Assembly: GCF_009914755.1 (NCBI RefSeq)
Contig: NC_060926.1
DNA: 64,000 bases
Source of the DNA: the human T2T-CHM13v2.0 reference genome, Homo sapiens
Direction: 5' to 3' (one strand)
Under the pieces are notes generated by a model, which ran no database searches, was not told the DNA's origin, and was given only the letters and a program-made list of their open reading frames with translations. The position numbers and the translations under genes are program-made. Numbering within the stretch: position 1 is the stretch's first letter; the number at the start of each line of letters is the position of its first letter. This document shows, in pieces, positions 13,540-36,215 of the stretch.

Positions 13540-15360
13540 TCAGGAAGGTGGGGAGAAATCGATGAAGATTTGAGAAGAAGCAAAGACTGGAAAGAAAACC
13601 AGGAGAGTATGGTATCTTAGAAGTCAAGTGAAAATCAATGTTTCAAAGAGGAGAGAGCGTTCAGTTCTATCAAATGTAATAGGTCAGATGACATAGGCAC
13701 TGATCACTGGAGTGAGAAATCTGAATGCTGTTTGTGGTCACAATAAGAGCACTTTTGGAGAAGCTGTGGAGGTGAAAATCTATAGTGAGTTCAAGAGTGA
13801 ATCAGGGCCAAGTGTGGTGTCTCACACCTGTAATCCCAGACTTCGGAGGCTGTAGTGCGAGGATCAGCTGAGCCCAGGAGTTTGAGACCAGCCTGGGCAC
13901 ATAGCGAGAACCCATCTCTACAAAATTAAAAAAAAAAAAGCCAGGCATAGTGGCACAGGCCTGTAGTCCCTGCTGCTTGGGAGGCTGAGGTGAGAGGATA
14001 ACTTGAACCTGGGGGACTCAAGACTGCAATAAACTGTGATAGTGTCACTGCATTCCAGCCAAGGCAACAGATCAAGATTCTGTCTTAAAAAACAAAGAGT
14101 GAACCAGAGGAGAGATATTAGATAGAACCAGAACAAAAAATTTTCCAAGTGTTTTTCTGTAAATGGAAGGAAAAAATGGAGGAACTGGATCAAGGGAGAA
14201 GTGAGGACAGAAGAGGGTTTTTGTTTAGTTTTCTTAAGATGGGAGAGATAGCAGCACATCAGTAGGCTAAAGAGAGGAACCCAGTGGAGAAGGAGAAATT
14301 GGTGATGCAGGAGAAGGGAGAACTGCTGGAATAATATTCCCAAGGAGGTAAGAATGGATGGGATCTGAGGCACAAGTGGGAAAATTTGCTTAGTTAGGAG
14401 TTCATGGCAACAGCAGAGAAGGTAAGGTATGTGAGCCCGGATGCAGAAGGACAGCAGATGTGCTGGCAAGATGTGATATTTTCTTCCGATGACTTCCATT
14501 TTCTCAGTTGAATGACAATAAGTTGAGAATGAAGATGGAGGAGGCAGAGCTAGAGATAAATTATTGACATCATTAAAGGCCTCTAACACCTTATTTATTT
14601 ATTTATTAATTTAGAGATGGAGTCTCACTCTGTCACTCAGGCTGGAGTGCAGTGGCATGATCTGGGTTCACTGCAACCTCCACCTCTGAGGTTCAAGCGG
14701 TTCTCCTGCCTGAGCCCCCCAAATAGTTGGGACTACAGGCATGTGCCACCACTAATTTTTGCCTGGCTAAAATTTTGTATTTTTAGTAGAGATGGGGTTT
14801 TGCCATGTTGGCCAGGCTGGTCTTGATCTCCTGGCCTCAAGTGATCTGCTCGCCTCGGCCTCCCAAAGTGCTTGAATTACAGGTGTGAGCCAACATACCC
14901 AGGCCTTAAAGCCTTGAATTTAAAGGCTGAGTATTACACAGCTATATTCAGATACAAAGGTATAGGTGCTAGAGAAATCAGAGAATTGTATTAACCAGAA
15001 TAACGGTTTTACCAAGGGCAGGGGCAGGCAAAGGACCTAATGGTGGAAGCAATGATTGGGATAATGGGATAATGACACATAAGACAGAATAGGAGGAAAG
15101 AGAGGACATGAAGTGGGAGAGCAACAGTGAAAAGTCTTAAGACAAACCGAAAGTCCTGGTGAGATCCAAGGATTGTTGGAGTTGAAGTGCTACAGGGAGT
15201 GAACTGGAAGGGAAGAAAGGAGGTGGACAGATGGATGTTTGAAGTGAGTTTATGGAGAGGCGGTAGTTAAAAGTTAGGTTAAGAGATTGTTAACAATTAG
15301 CTTACTGTTAATAATTAGGTTAAGAGATTAAACATGGGAGAAAGTAACTGAGGTAGGGAA
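13540..15360 (+). mobile_element. Degraded L2 fragments interrupted by Alus at 13806-14092 (+) and 14590-14903 (-)
   Basis: Purine-rich L2-like sequence; the Alu dimers are clear, while the L2 boundaries and strand are approximate. Confidence 0.6.
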
Positions 15361-15435
15361 TACCTAGAGTCTGCCTTCAAAAATAAACACCATAAAATTC
15401 TGCATTTTGATCTAGTAATTAAAAAGTTGTTTGGA

Positions 15436-15730
15436 GCCAGGTGCAGTGGCTTGCATTTGTAATTCCAGTGACTTGGCAGGCTGAGGTAGGAAGATTGCTT
15501 GAGGCCAGGGATGAGACCACTGCAGGCAACATAGCAAGACCCTATCTCTCTCTCAAAAAAAAAAAAAATTAGCTGGGTGCAGTGCACACCTGTAGTCTCA
15601 GCTACTCAAGAGATTGAGGCCAGAGGATAGCTTGAGCCCAGGAGTTTTAGGCTGTAGTGGGCTATGATCATACCACTGCACTCCAGCCTGGGCAACTGAG
15701 ACCATGTATTAAAAAAATAATAAAAAGATA
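15436..15730 (+). mobile_element. AluJ ending about 35 nt from the PHD exon donor
   Basis: AluJ-type dimer with A-rich tail. Confidence 0.88.
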
Positions 15731-15767
15731 AAATAAAATGAAAAGTTTAGTTTTAGATTGGTCTTAC

Positions 15768-15914
15768 CTTAGCAATGCAAGCTGGACAAAACCAGTCTCC
15801 ATCTGGGATTGTTGTAATCTTGGGTCTATGGCAGTAGGTATGACAGCCTTTGTCACAGCCATCACAAAGAAGAAGCAGTTCTTCATTATCTCCCTTTCGA
15901 CAGATTTGGCAGTA
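15768..15914 (-). CDS. BAZ2B: BAZ2B PHD finger exon (147 nt), YCQICRKGDNEELLLLCDGCDKGCHTYCHRPKITTIPDGDWFCPACIAK
   Basis: C4-H-C3 PHD pattern; ttatag|TACTGC acceptor and GCTAAG|gtaaga donor. Confidence 0.97.
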
Positions 15915-18126
15915 CTATAATACATGAAAAATCATTTAAAATTAACGCTCTGCCATGAATAATAGTTATTGGGATGTTAAACACACCATAATTCCTAATT
16001 TATATTAGTAATGAACATTCCGCTTGCTTACAAATATACAGTAGCCATACACATCTATGTATCTTTCGTTACACAGATATGGACCACATGACGGGTGAGC
16101 AGTTCTATTGGGGTAAATGCACATTTCAAGTACACTGCAAAGAACAAAGCTAGAGGCAGAATGCCTTGCACACACTTCAGAAGCATGTACACATTAACAT
16201 ATGAAATAATTAACATGACATTAGAGCACATAAAGCAATGAATAGCTTTAATACATGATGTTTTATTTGTTTAATGTGCTTCATCTTTTGCTTATCTTAG
16301 CATCCTCATGATATCCTGAGAAAGAAATAAGAGTTAGAGTATTTTTTAAAATCAAAATTAGAAAACTTGTATTAGTATCATAATTACGTATAATAAAAAG
16401 ATAACCCTAGATTTTTGACTAATTCATCTATATATTGTGATAGATTGGAAAATGTGTTCAAACCAGGAAACGTTGAAAATCAACCCAAATCAAACATGTG
16501 TCACAAGTGCAGAAAATGGATCCTACAAAATGGTTTCTAAGGAAAAAAGATACAATACATGTAAGAAGTTAAGAGGTCATTATTTATTTTTTTAGAATTA
16601 AAAATAAAACTAGTTGTTTTCTACTGAAAATTTTCTAATATAATTAAAGACTTTAAATCTGCAAAAAGAAGACTTTTTCCATGTACACATATTCTGTACG
16701 GTAAGTTTTACAAAGGAAAGAAGAAAAGTTAGACAAGTAAAAACTTCCAAGATGGCTTTAAAAGACAGTAAGCATTAACACTGTTTTTTGACATCTAGTT
16801 CATACTCCAGTCACAAAAAAAAATGTCCTGCAGTCCATATTTTTAAAAATGAAAACATGTAACCAGAAATCATTTAAACTACTTTAAAGTTAGGTATTTA
16901 TACGCTCTTAAAAACAAAATAGCTTCACTGTTCCAACTTACTTTAATTTTCAATGCAACATTATATCTTAGTCTGGGAAAGTCTAAAATGGTCTTCTTAT
17001 AACTTAGTATGTATACCAATGACAGTTGTAGAATCTTATCAAAACAGCAGACACACTATTCAAGTTAACAAATGTTTATCAAATGTATATACTATATATT
17101 TCATATTAACATTGGCGCGGTTACCAAGGGCAAAAGCAGCAGTTTAACATTCCAATAATCAGTATCTATTTTTTGACCTTTCCTAACATCACCATCACTG
17201 AATACCTTAAGATGGTGTTGTTTCTCCATATTTGAGTTACATCGTTAAAACTTCTATTGTAAAAGTATTCACTGAGAAATAACAATTGCAAGGTTATATG
17301 TATATCCCTGTAACAACACAATTTAAAAATCAGATTCATGAACATAAGTAAATACTCATTGTTTTCTCTACTAGGCAACTATAAATGCTACAAGATCTGT
17401 CTTACATCTCACACTTAGGATTTAAAAATAAAATTATTTCCTGATACTTTTAAAGAAAGGGTGACAGATATCAAACTCATAACAATTTTGAAAAATTATA
17501 GTAATAGCTCACAATATGTTACAGTAAATATATTATTATTTGGTTTTAATTCCTCTGCTACTACAGTAAAAAATAGTGGATGCTGCCTACTGTTTAACAA
17601 TATAAAGCATACTGTGGGTAGAGAATTATCTGGAGGCAAATTATGACAACTCCCTCTTTTTCTTGATAACCTTGGTCTTTGTCCAAAAGGGTATTTCTAA
17701 AGATATCGAGCACTTTAATATTTTGTCAGGACTTACTATGAGGATTACTATAGGCACTGTTATGTCTCTAAAGGTTATAAGGTGCTTCTTAATCTTTGAA
17801 TATGAAACACTGCCTTCTTTTCAAGGTAGTTTCATAGCAAGAAATGTATTATTAAGCATTTTAAAAAGGAAATGAAGATTGTGAGAGATGGAGTTATATG
17901 ATTAATAAGAGTAGATGAAGAACAAGAGAAAGGTTAATGAATTTGCAAAAACGGAAATAAAGCTATAGATTGCAGAATTTAAATATATCAATATAAAGGC
18001 AGGTTTTGATACAAGTTTTAGGTTTATGTGTGTAAGTTTATAATAAAACTGAACACATCATGATGACTGCTTTGGTGTAGATGAGAAAAATATAAATACA
18101 AATTTCATTTTGATCTAGGACTTAAT

Positions 18127-19400
<1,274 letters not shown>

Positions 19401-20167
19401 CAAATGTTAAAGTAATTCATAAAAGACTACATATAATAGATAATTCTATATATGATAATATAAAAGAGGCAAGAGGGACACTTGTACATGATTTAAAGTA
19501 AATATTTCTCTGGAAAACATGAATTATAGCTCTGTATTTTGAACACACACCATTTTGGTGCCTGATACAAAATAGAGATTTTTGTGATAAACTAAATGAT
19601 AAACTAATTGGGGTTGTAGAAAGAAGGTGGAAAACCAATTTTAATTAGTAGAAGACAGACTAAAGGATCTACTGTTCATGTCAACCACATCTGATGCCAA
19701 ATACATGATATAAGCACATAAACTAAGAGTTCTCTGCTTATCTTGTATTTACTTATCTAAGTGCTTCTTAGAATTAAAAAATGAAAACTGATAGAAAAAG
19801 ACATTTTAGCTACGCAGTAATATAGCAGGTAATGTTAGCAATGGAACTGTTTACTACAGTGAAACGGCCTTCAAGATTTAGATTAATAACTAATGTGCTG
19901 ACGGAATGTGGGAGACAACTTCAGTTAGAGGTATAAACGATATTCAAAGGAGGCAGAAGCAAGATTTTAAAAAATAAAAGATAACACATTTGAAAGGTTC
20001 CTTCAGTAAGGAGGAAAGTATCAAAAATCTTTTAGAATTAGAAAAACTCTCAAGTATAGCATACATTATTATGACAATAGGTAATGTATAATTAAGAAAG
20101 ATCTGGAGGTTGGAAGAAACAGGACAAAGTAAATTAGTTATAATATTTCTTAAATAAAAACACTTAC

Positions 20168-20303
20168 AACTTTCATAATTGATTTTTCCCATGCTATTGA
20201 TTTCTGTAATTGCTGAATGCACAGAGCTACCTGTGCAGCACTGCGAGCTTCTGATAATGCCCTTCTCCATACCCTGAGCCCTGGAGCAATATCCTCTTCA
20301 ATT
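20168..20303 (-). CDS. BAZ2B: BAZ2B coding exon (136 nt), IEEDIAPGLRVWRRALSEARSAAQVALCIQQLQKSIAWEKSIMKV
   Basis: tttcaatgcag|AATTGA acceptor and AAAGTT|gtaagt donor; pre-PHD SIAWEKS motif of BAZ proteins. Confidence 0.95.
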
Positions 20304-20792
20304 CTGCATTGAAATATAGAAAAATTAAGTAGGTCATGTCCACACTTACGATTACGGAATGTGAAACAATCATCACACTGAAAGCCAAGCAATGACAAAA
20401 ACATGTAACAGCCAATAAGTATAAGGTTTAAGCAACTAAATTTGATGTAGTGCACAGACTGTGGCTACGTGCCTCAAAGCTTAGTCACAACCAGGTAGAT
20501 GTAAGATCACTTTGCAGGATTATCAACGCACATAACAAAAAAAAAGTTTTTACAAAGCACCATGCAAATAGCATGATCCGTATGGATCACAGACATACAA
20601 GAAGATACATAGATAACAGGCAATAGAAAATAGGCTCCAATTAGCAAAGAAGCACAATAATTTTTCAAGTTAATCTCAATAACCTACCCGTCACCATCAC
20701 CACTAACGGATGGTGCAGGAGCAGGGACAGTAACTGTGCCCACATTATCCAGTTTGATCTGAATGGTGGTACTTAAGGGGCTCTTCAGATAC

Positions 20793-20998
20793 CTTCTTTC
20801 AATGTTCCGCTCCAAATCAGCCAGCCTGGTTACAGCTATATCTAGGGGGTTGTCACTCTTCCGTTCTAGTGCATGTGCACTGCTTTCGTCTTCGCCAGTA
20901 AATTCTCCATCATGCTCCTTGCACAATTTAGTAAATGATTTATGTTCAAAATATACCAAGTCCTCCCTTTCTGATGCAGGCTCTGGACACATCCAACC
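20793..20998 (-). CDS. BAZ2B: BAZ2B coding exon (206 nt short form; 311 nt to 20688 with the alternative donor), GWMCPEPASERED...LADLERNIER
   Basis: gatatatag|GGTTGG acceptor; donors GAAG|gtatct (20793) and GACGG|gtaggt (20688), both phase 2; ORF 20684..20992. Confidence 0.93.
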
Positions 20999-22339
20999 CT
21001 ATATATCAAGAGAATAGTGTTATTATGGTTTCCTCTTAAAATGCTAGGTGGGTGAATTACCTTTACTTAAAATACAGCATTGGATACTGGCAGATCTCAA
21101 GGATTGTTACTAAAAGATTTTACCTTGTGTTTCCTAAAACTAGGTGGAAATAAGAAGAAAAAAATTAAAAGAAATAGTTGTAAGAAAAGTTTGAAAAATA
21201 AAATTTATAAACTTTTGATATTATAAAAGGTATAAGAACAATCAGCAAAATATTTTGAAGGATTTTAGACCAAAATGCTTATCAGTTTCATGGGATCACT
21301 TAAATGGAAATCTCTGGGTAGCCTCTAAGCCTTTGCTCTTCCTTTCTGTTTTCATTCCTTCCATTATTCTTCTGTACAGGTCCTTCTGTGCTCACCATTT
21401 TTCCTTTGACTGCAGGGGCTTCAAATATGCTATTACCTTTATCTGTATTGCTTTTCTTTTGCTCCTCTTCACCTAGTTAACGCCACTCATTTCATAGGTC
21501 TCATGTTAAGATTCACTTTAACATGAAAGGATCCTGATAGGAATCCTTTCCTGACCTCTTTCAGGAGCTAAGTCCCTCTCTGACAGGTTCTCATAGGACC
21601 ATGCTCCTTAGCCTTGTCATAAATGTAATTTTATAGTAGTGTAATTATTCGATGAATATTTTTCTACTTCTAAATTCCATGAGAGCAGGGACTATGTCTG
21701 CTTTTACTCATTTATCTCCAGTACAGTGCAGGCAAATAATGGGCACTCAATACATGTATGTTGACTGAACAATCAATGATCCTGTAGCTCAAAATCCTTC
21801 AAAGATTTCCTATTCTTTAGGAAATGTTCACCATGGCATTGAAGTACCTCAATCTATCCCTTTTCATGTTCCCATTCACACATCTTATGTTGCAGTCAAA
21901 TTCTATAATTTGCTCTTCCACAAACATGGGATAAGCTTTCCAATCCTCGTGCTCTGCTCATGCTGTTCCCACTTCCTGGGATGATATTGCCTGGTCTCCA
22001 ATTGTCCAAACCATACTCATTTTCTTAAGTTCCATTTCAACTTCTAAATGAAATCTTCCATATCTCTGCCAGAAGTCAGTATTCTTCTTCTAAATTCATA
22101 CATTACTCTGTTCTCAACAATCAGCTACTAGATTCTGCATATATGTATATGTCTGATCTCCCTATTATATGACAAGCTTTCTTATGGTAGGAACGACACT
22201 TTATCCAATTTTTTGGTGTCCACTGCCTGAGATGCAATAGGTATTTAATAAATGCATATTAAATGAAAAATGGAATAAACTTAAACATCTCTTCAGATAT
22301 AATTATTTTATCTTATATACTAGGATAAATTCTTCCCCT

Positions 22340-28700
<6,361 letters not shown>

Positions 28701-29624
28701 TTTATGAAGCAAATTCTACTTATCTTAGCTACTGATAACACAGCCAAGAACATTTAAGCAGTCAGCAATGTGATAAAGGTCAAAGGACCAAAATCTGAGT
28801 ATGTCACCAGGAAAATGTTTCAGGCCCACACTCGGACTTTACACATATTTTTTAAAAGCCTGATGATACACTTTCCCAACCAACAGTCAACTAGAATTGG
28901 CAAATGAGTTGGGAAAAAGCTGGAGGAAAATAGGGCTTATGGAACCAATCAAATTTAAACCAGCAGCAAGCAGTATCAACTGACAAACTGAGAGGACAAC
29001 CACAGACTATAGAAAGTAGATGTAGCAGTTTTAAAACCAAAGCACACTAGGATCATTTAGGTTAGGTGCAAAACCTCTTCTCATTTCCTGAGGGAATTAT
29101 TGTCTGATAATTGATCTTCATACTGATGATTCTGTGCCACCATGATAAGTTAAATCAGGCTTTTTATTTTCAATTTAAGAAGGCAATGAAATGTGTAACA
29201 TAAGCGATCCAAAAACACATTAAAAAATTCTAGCACTAAATGGAATAATTTTCATTTCTCCAGAAAATAAAATAGTGTGAAAGGGTTCATCTGTTGAAGA
29301 TGCCAGAAAGATGACAATACACGAGGCACTTTTATACTGTATTATAGAACCTGGAGGAGGAGACATAGTTTACTAGCACAATAGTTTCAATAATAAATTT
29401 TTGCTTCCCAACGTTGGTAATTACGTTTGTCACAAGAAAGGGATATTTTATTAGCTCTGGAAAACTACATTTTTTGAGATCCTCAAAAGTGTCCAAATGC
29501 CTATGTTAAACTAATTATGAAGCAAAATCTCAATTATTAAATAGGATAGCATTATGCCATAAATTTCTCATTCTGAATAAAGCAAGGCATTTCAAATCAA
29601 ATTACATGGAGATTAAGGTTTCTA

Positions 29625-29963
<339 letters not shown>

Positions 29964-30712
29964 TTAGCAGGTTCTAAACCTTTCATGCTTTTAAGGAGAC
30001 CTTTATACCCCTCTTTACAAAACCAAAAATTCTTGCACAAGGGTAAAGCTTTCCTTTTGTTTGTCCACTGGAAACCAGTTCTGATCATTACCTGTAACAT
30101 GATAATACCCAGGAGATAGATGAGGGAATGAATGAATAAATCAGTAAATAAAAACTTTATATATATATATGTAGGGTATGTGTGCATGTGTCAGTATATC
30201 ATAATGGTCTATAACATATATTTGGATATATCTATATTGGTCTCCAAATTAAACTATATAGTATAAAAGTCTGACATATAACAAGGCTTGTATGTAAGGA
30301 AGTTCATGGCCCTATATGAAACACTACAATAGGAGTTTGATAATATTTGTACTAGATCATCACATTCATCTCAGTGAAACTGGAATTCTGCTGGTAGTAA
30401 AGAACTGCGCATCAGAAATAATACCTCTGAATACCATTAAGGAGGTAGCAAGATTACTAAAAAGAACATGGGCTCTGGAGTCAGACTTGGTTTAAATGCA
30501 CATTTAGGCACTTACTATATGACCATTGGCACATTACTTACTCTGAGCCTGGTTCCTTAACAGATGGGGCAAATTAATCCAGGATTGTTTTCAGAATTAA
30601 ATGAGACAAAATAAAAACATTTAGCACATTAACTAGCATATATTAGGCATGTAATAAACATTAGTTATCTTCCATTATCCTAAAAACATATTTTATTCCA
30701 AGTCGATTTTAC

Positions 30713-30873
30713 CTTCACTTGCAAACTTGCTGATGCAACTCTCCTTTCTAGATCTTCTACCTGTTGAAGGACACTCAAATCCATTTCCATTGCTTGTTCT
30801 TCTACTGACCAGTTCTCCACAATATCTCGAGTTACTTGGTTTTCTTCATTTTCATTCAGTTCAATAATAGCAA
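30713..30873 (-). CDS. BAZ2B: BAZ2B coding exon (161 nt), (V)AIIELNENEENQVTRDIVENWSVEEQAMEMDLSVLQQVEDLERRVASASLQVK
   Basis: aaatgtag|TTGCTA acceptor and GTGAAG|gtaaaa donor; open frame with phases matching both neighbours. Confidence 0.93.
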
Positions 30874-31159
30874 CTACATTTAAAAAGAAATTAATTTAAA
30901 AATCCACTTATTAAGCTTTTCCCCACAGAGACCTCTTCCAGAAAGTGAATAAAATTCTAGGAGACCCATGTACATCTAACTTGACATACACAAATGCACT
31001 TGTGTATGTACAGGCAGCTTACTCTTAAAAGTAGAAACACGCTAAGAAACACAAAACAATATGCTACGGGTGTAAAAAATTACAAGACAGTAACACCAAC
31101 TTAAAAAATATAAATAGTTTGTTGAGTAAAACAGAAAAAAATAGTAGTGCATTAAGATA

Positions 31160-31825
<666 letters not shown>

Positions 31826-31904
31826 TGTACTAAAATATGGTTTAGAATAATTAATTCTCATAACTAAGCAAGAAAGAAAGCTGAAATATCTTTTAGGTAC
31901 ACAC

Positions 31905-32060
31905 CATCCTTATTCTTGAGGCAGGCTTGAGTAATATAATCCAAATGTTTCTGAATTTGTTTTTGTAATGCCTTTTCTCTTATTCCTCTGAGATGCAGCA
32001 CTTTGAGCAAAGCTTTTAGGTCCTCTGGGTCAATAATTCTCCACCAACCAAACTGCATTT
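31905..32060 (-). CDS. BAZ2B: BAZ2B coding exon (156 nt), WHIM3 motif (E)MQFGWWRIIDPEDLKALLKVLHLRGIREKALQKQIQKH...
   Basis: gacttag|AAATGC acceptor and GGATG|gtgtgt donor; W..LxxLxxRGxRExxL WHIM3 signature. Confidence 0.95.
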
Positions 32061-32233
32061 CTAAGTCAAGATAAATAAGTAGAACTTTTACAAATATTTT
32101 GAATAGGAAATGACACCATGGAAATAAAAAGATTTATTAACTATATATAGAACCATCAAATATTCAGTTATAATACAGGAATCCATAATATTGAAATTGA
32201 GTAAGTGGCTGTAAACCATCTCAATGTACCTAC

Positions 32234-32507
32234 CTTCTGGAATAGGTTTTGGACTAGGAAAATCTACTGGTTTTGCTACTTCAACAGCTGCAGGTTGAGC
32301 TGAAGTGGCCTTTTCATTCTGTGGTACTGGAGATTCACTTTTACTTGAAGCAACATTGGAAGTCAAGAATGAATTACCATTTCCTTCTGATAACCCTAAC
32401 CCCGATCCTAGACTAGGTACAGATGATGTAAATGGAATATTAGAAGTAACCACACCAGTGGGCCATCCACAAAACTGAAGTCCCATCATAGATACTCCAC
32501 CTTTCAC
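32234..32507 (-). CDS. BAZ2B: BAZ2B coding exon (274 nt), VKGGVSMMGLQFCGWP...PSPKPIPE
   Basis: tttttgcag|GTGAAA acceptor and CCAGAAG|gtaggt donor; ORF 32088..32513. Confidence 0.95.
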
Positions 32508-32934
32508 CTGCAAAAAGAAAACATTTATTAATGAAAAGTAGATTACTCTAAGAAGTTAGGAAAAATGTTTGGAATATGAAATTATTTTTCAAATTCCAAA
32601 AAATATTCTTTCATTTATTACAATTACAGGAAAACAAAATACATTAGCAACAAAAATGTTAAATTCCATGTTCTTATTTGTTTCCCAAAGTAATTTTCCT
32701 TTCGGATATACCGTTACAGTAATAAGTTAAAAAGTAATTAAAGAAGACTTAGACAAAGTCTAGAAATCAGTAGTTCTAATGAACCTTGGTGACAGAAATT
32801 CTGACTTGTTTTAGTTTTCAAACTGTAGCAGGAATATTTTAACTATCTGAGTGAGCCCCCTTGAGCAAAAATCTCCATGGGGTCAAAGATTACATAAAGC
32901 AATATAAAAATGAGTTACAGTTAGCAGTACTAAC

Positions 32935-33584
32935 CTGAAGAGGTGATAAAGCAAATGGATTTAAGCCAACAGGATTCTGAGCAGAAGATCCAAGAGGAGC
33001 TGGGGTAGGTGAAGGTGACTTAGATGGTGGCTGAGACTGAGGAGTCACCAAAGAAGCAGTTGACATATCGGCATGAGTAAGTGAAGTGTCATCACAGGGT
33101 GTTCGTGGCAAAAGACTAAACCATTGTCTATTCTTTTCAGTCAGCGTTTTTAGTAACTGGTCATTGGGGAGAGGACTGTAGAACTTCCCTGGACCACTTG
33201 AACCAGTATTAAACAGATTATTAGAGTCTGCCTTTTCCACATTGCTTTGCGTTGCTGTTGACTGAACGCTGCCCAGTGAATGTTTTCCACTGTTCTGATA
33301 AGACAACGTGCACCCATTTGCACCAGCATTTGGTTTGGGGGTCATAACCTCTGACTCAGGAGGCATCTTAGCTACTTCCAAAAGCTTGCTTAATTTGGAA
33401 AAAGAGCCAGGTTTCTGAAGGAATAGATTTGTGTTATCTTTTTCTTTAAGATCTTCCTTTTGTTCACAGTGATCTGTATTTGAACAATTTAAACTGTCCC
33501 CAGAAGTCTCAAACATTTCTTCTTTGATCTGGACACTTTCTGCCTTTTTCAGTTTTTCTCTTTCTTTTGCAATTTCTTCTAGTC
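32935..33584 (-). CDS. BAZ2B: BAZ2B coding exon (650 nt), (G)LEEIAKEREKLKK...NPFALSPLQ
   Basis: ttttgtag|GACTAG acceptor and CTTCAG|gttagt donor; lies in ORF 32890..33612; phase 1 to 0. Confidence 0.95.
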
Positions 33585-33799
33585 CTACAAAATGAAAAAG
33601 CATTATGAACATCAGTTACTCCAGATCAAACCAATACTGTAATTAAATTTCATTACTCTTTATCAAATTATATGCATAAATACTTAAACTTTTCTGTATT
33701 ACCTAATACTCCCTATATTTTCCTTTTTTATAGATTATAGCTTTCACTCACTGGAAAATTAACATATATATATATATATATTTTGTTTGTTGGTTTGTT

Positions 33800-34291
<492 letters not shown>

Positions 34292-35713
34292 ATAAAAAAT
34301 TAAAATCCAAAAATATTAAAAGTACAAAAAATATTACAAGCTGTACTACACAGCAAAAATTACCCTTAATATTTTTGTATTAAACTTCTAGGAGTTCTGT
34401 ATGTGATACATACACACTTAAATCCACATAATTAAGGAAAGAAATTCTACTACATACATAATATTCTAAACTGCTAGAGGGTTTTATTGAATAATACCCT
34501 GTAAACACCTTGACATGTCGATAAACATATAACTTCATCATAAATTTTAATGGCAACAGAATGAACTATATCATAACTTAAATAATTTTCTACTGATATA
34601 TAATAATAGGTCCCAATTATTCACTATTATAAACAATGCTGTAAATAATGACCTTTTATCTGTATTTTTAGACTTGTTCTCCCAATTTACTTCCTTAAAA
34701 TAAATTCCTAAAAAAAAAACTAAGATGTGTACTTTTCAGAGTTTTTGAAATATACTGTCAAACTGTCCTCTAAAAAGTCTGGATGAATATATACTCATAT
34801 TAAAGTAACTGAGAGCATCTGTGTGCCTACACCCTCAATGAAACTGGATGCTGTCAGTATTTTTTGTCTTTGCCAATATTTGAGGTGAAAATCTAGATTG
34901 CATTATTTCTGGTCATTAGTAAGGCTGAATATCTTTTCATAGGTTTATTGGTATTTCTCTTTTGTAAATTTCTGGTTCATATTTTTGCTCATTGTTTTAA
35001 AAATAATTTATAAGAACTATTTTAAAAACATAAATCCACTACTTTATTCAATTTGAAAAGTAATATGCTCACAAGTTAAAATATTCAGTCATGAAGGGTA
35101 TAAAGTAAAGGCCTTTCTACCTATTCCTTCAATCTCTATTTCTACACTTCAGGGGTAGCCATGGTTAATTACATCAATACACCTTCCCAGAAATAGTATA
35201 TACGTTATCTATGACTACCATTTTGCATTATTACATAAATGGAATACTACTATTCACTTTTCTGCGGCTTAGAATAAAAACCAAACTCCTAACCAAGGCC
35301 TACAACATTCTATAATCTGGTTCCTGAAAACTTCCACCACCTCTGCACCACTCTTGTCCTTGATAACTCTGCTCCTCTTCTCACTTTCTATTTTCAGCTT
35401 CTTGAACATGCTAAGTTCTTGCCCTTCTCAGAGCCCTTGATCTTGTTCTTCCCTCTGCATGGGATACTGTTTTGTTGACTGGCTCCTTATCCTTCATGTC
35501 TCAGATAATAAACGTTATTTCCTTACGGAGATTTTCTCTGATCACCTTATCTAAAATTAGGACCCCCCATTCATCTTAGAATGTCATTCTATATATTTCC
35601 TTTACAGAATTTAACATTAATCATGATGTTTGTTTATTTTTGATTACCTTCCCTCCCACGTACTAGAATTTAAATCAACAAGCTCTGTTTAAAGGCAGAG
35701 CAATGTCTATATC

Positions 35714-36215
<502 letters not shown>

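Noticed and set aside
13918-14589. 223-aa minus-strand ORF
   Set aside because: Spans degraded L2-like sequence and an antisense Alu (LECSD..LSLPSS); Leu/Phe-rich composition artefact with no domain or splice support
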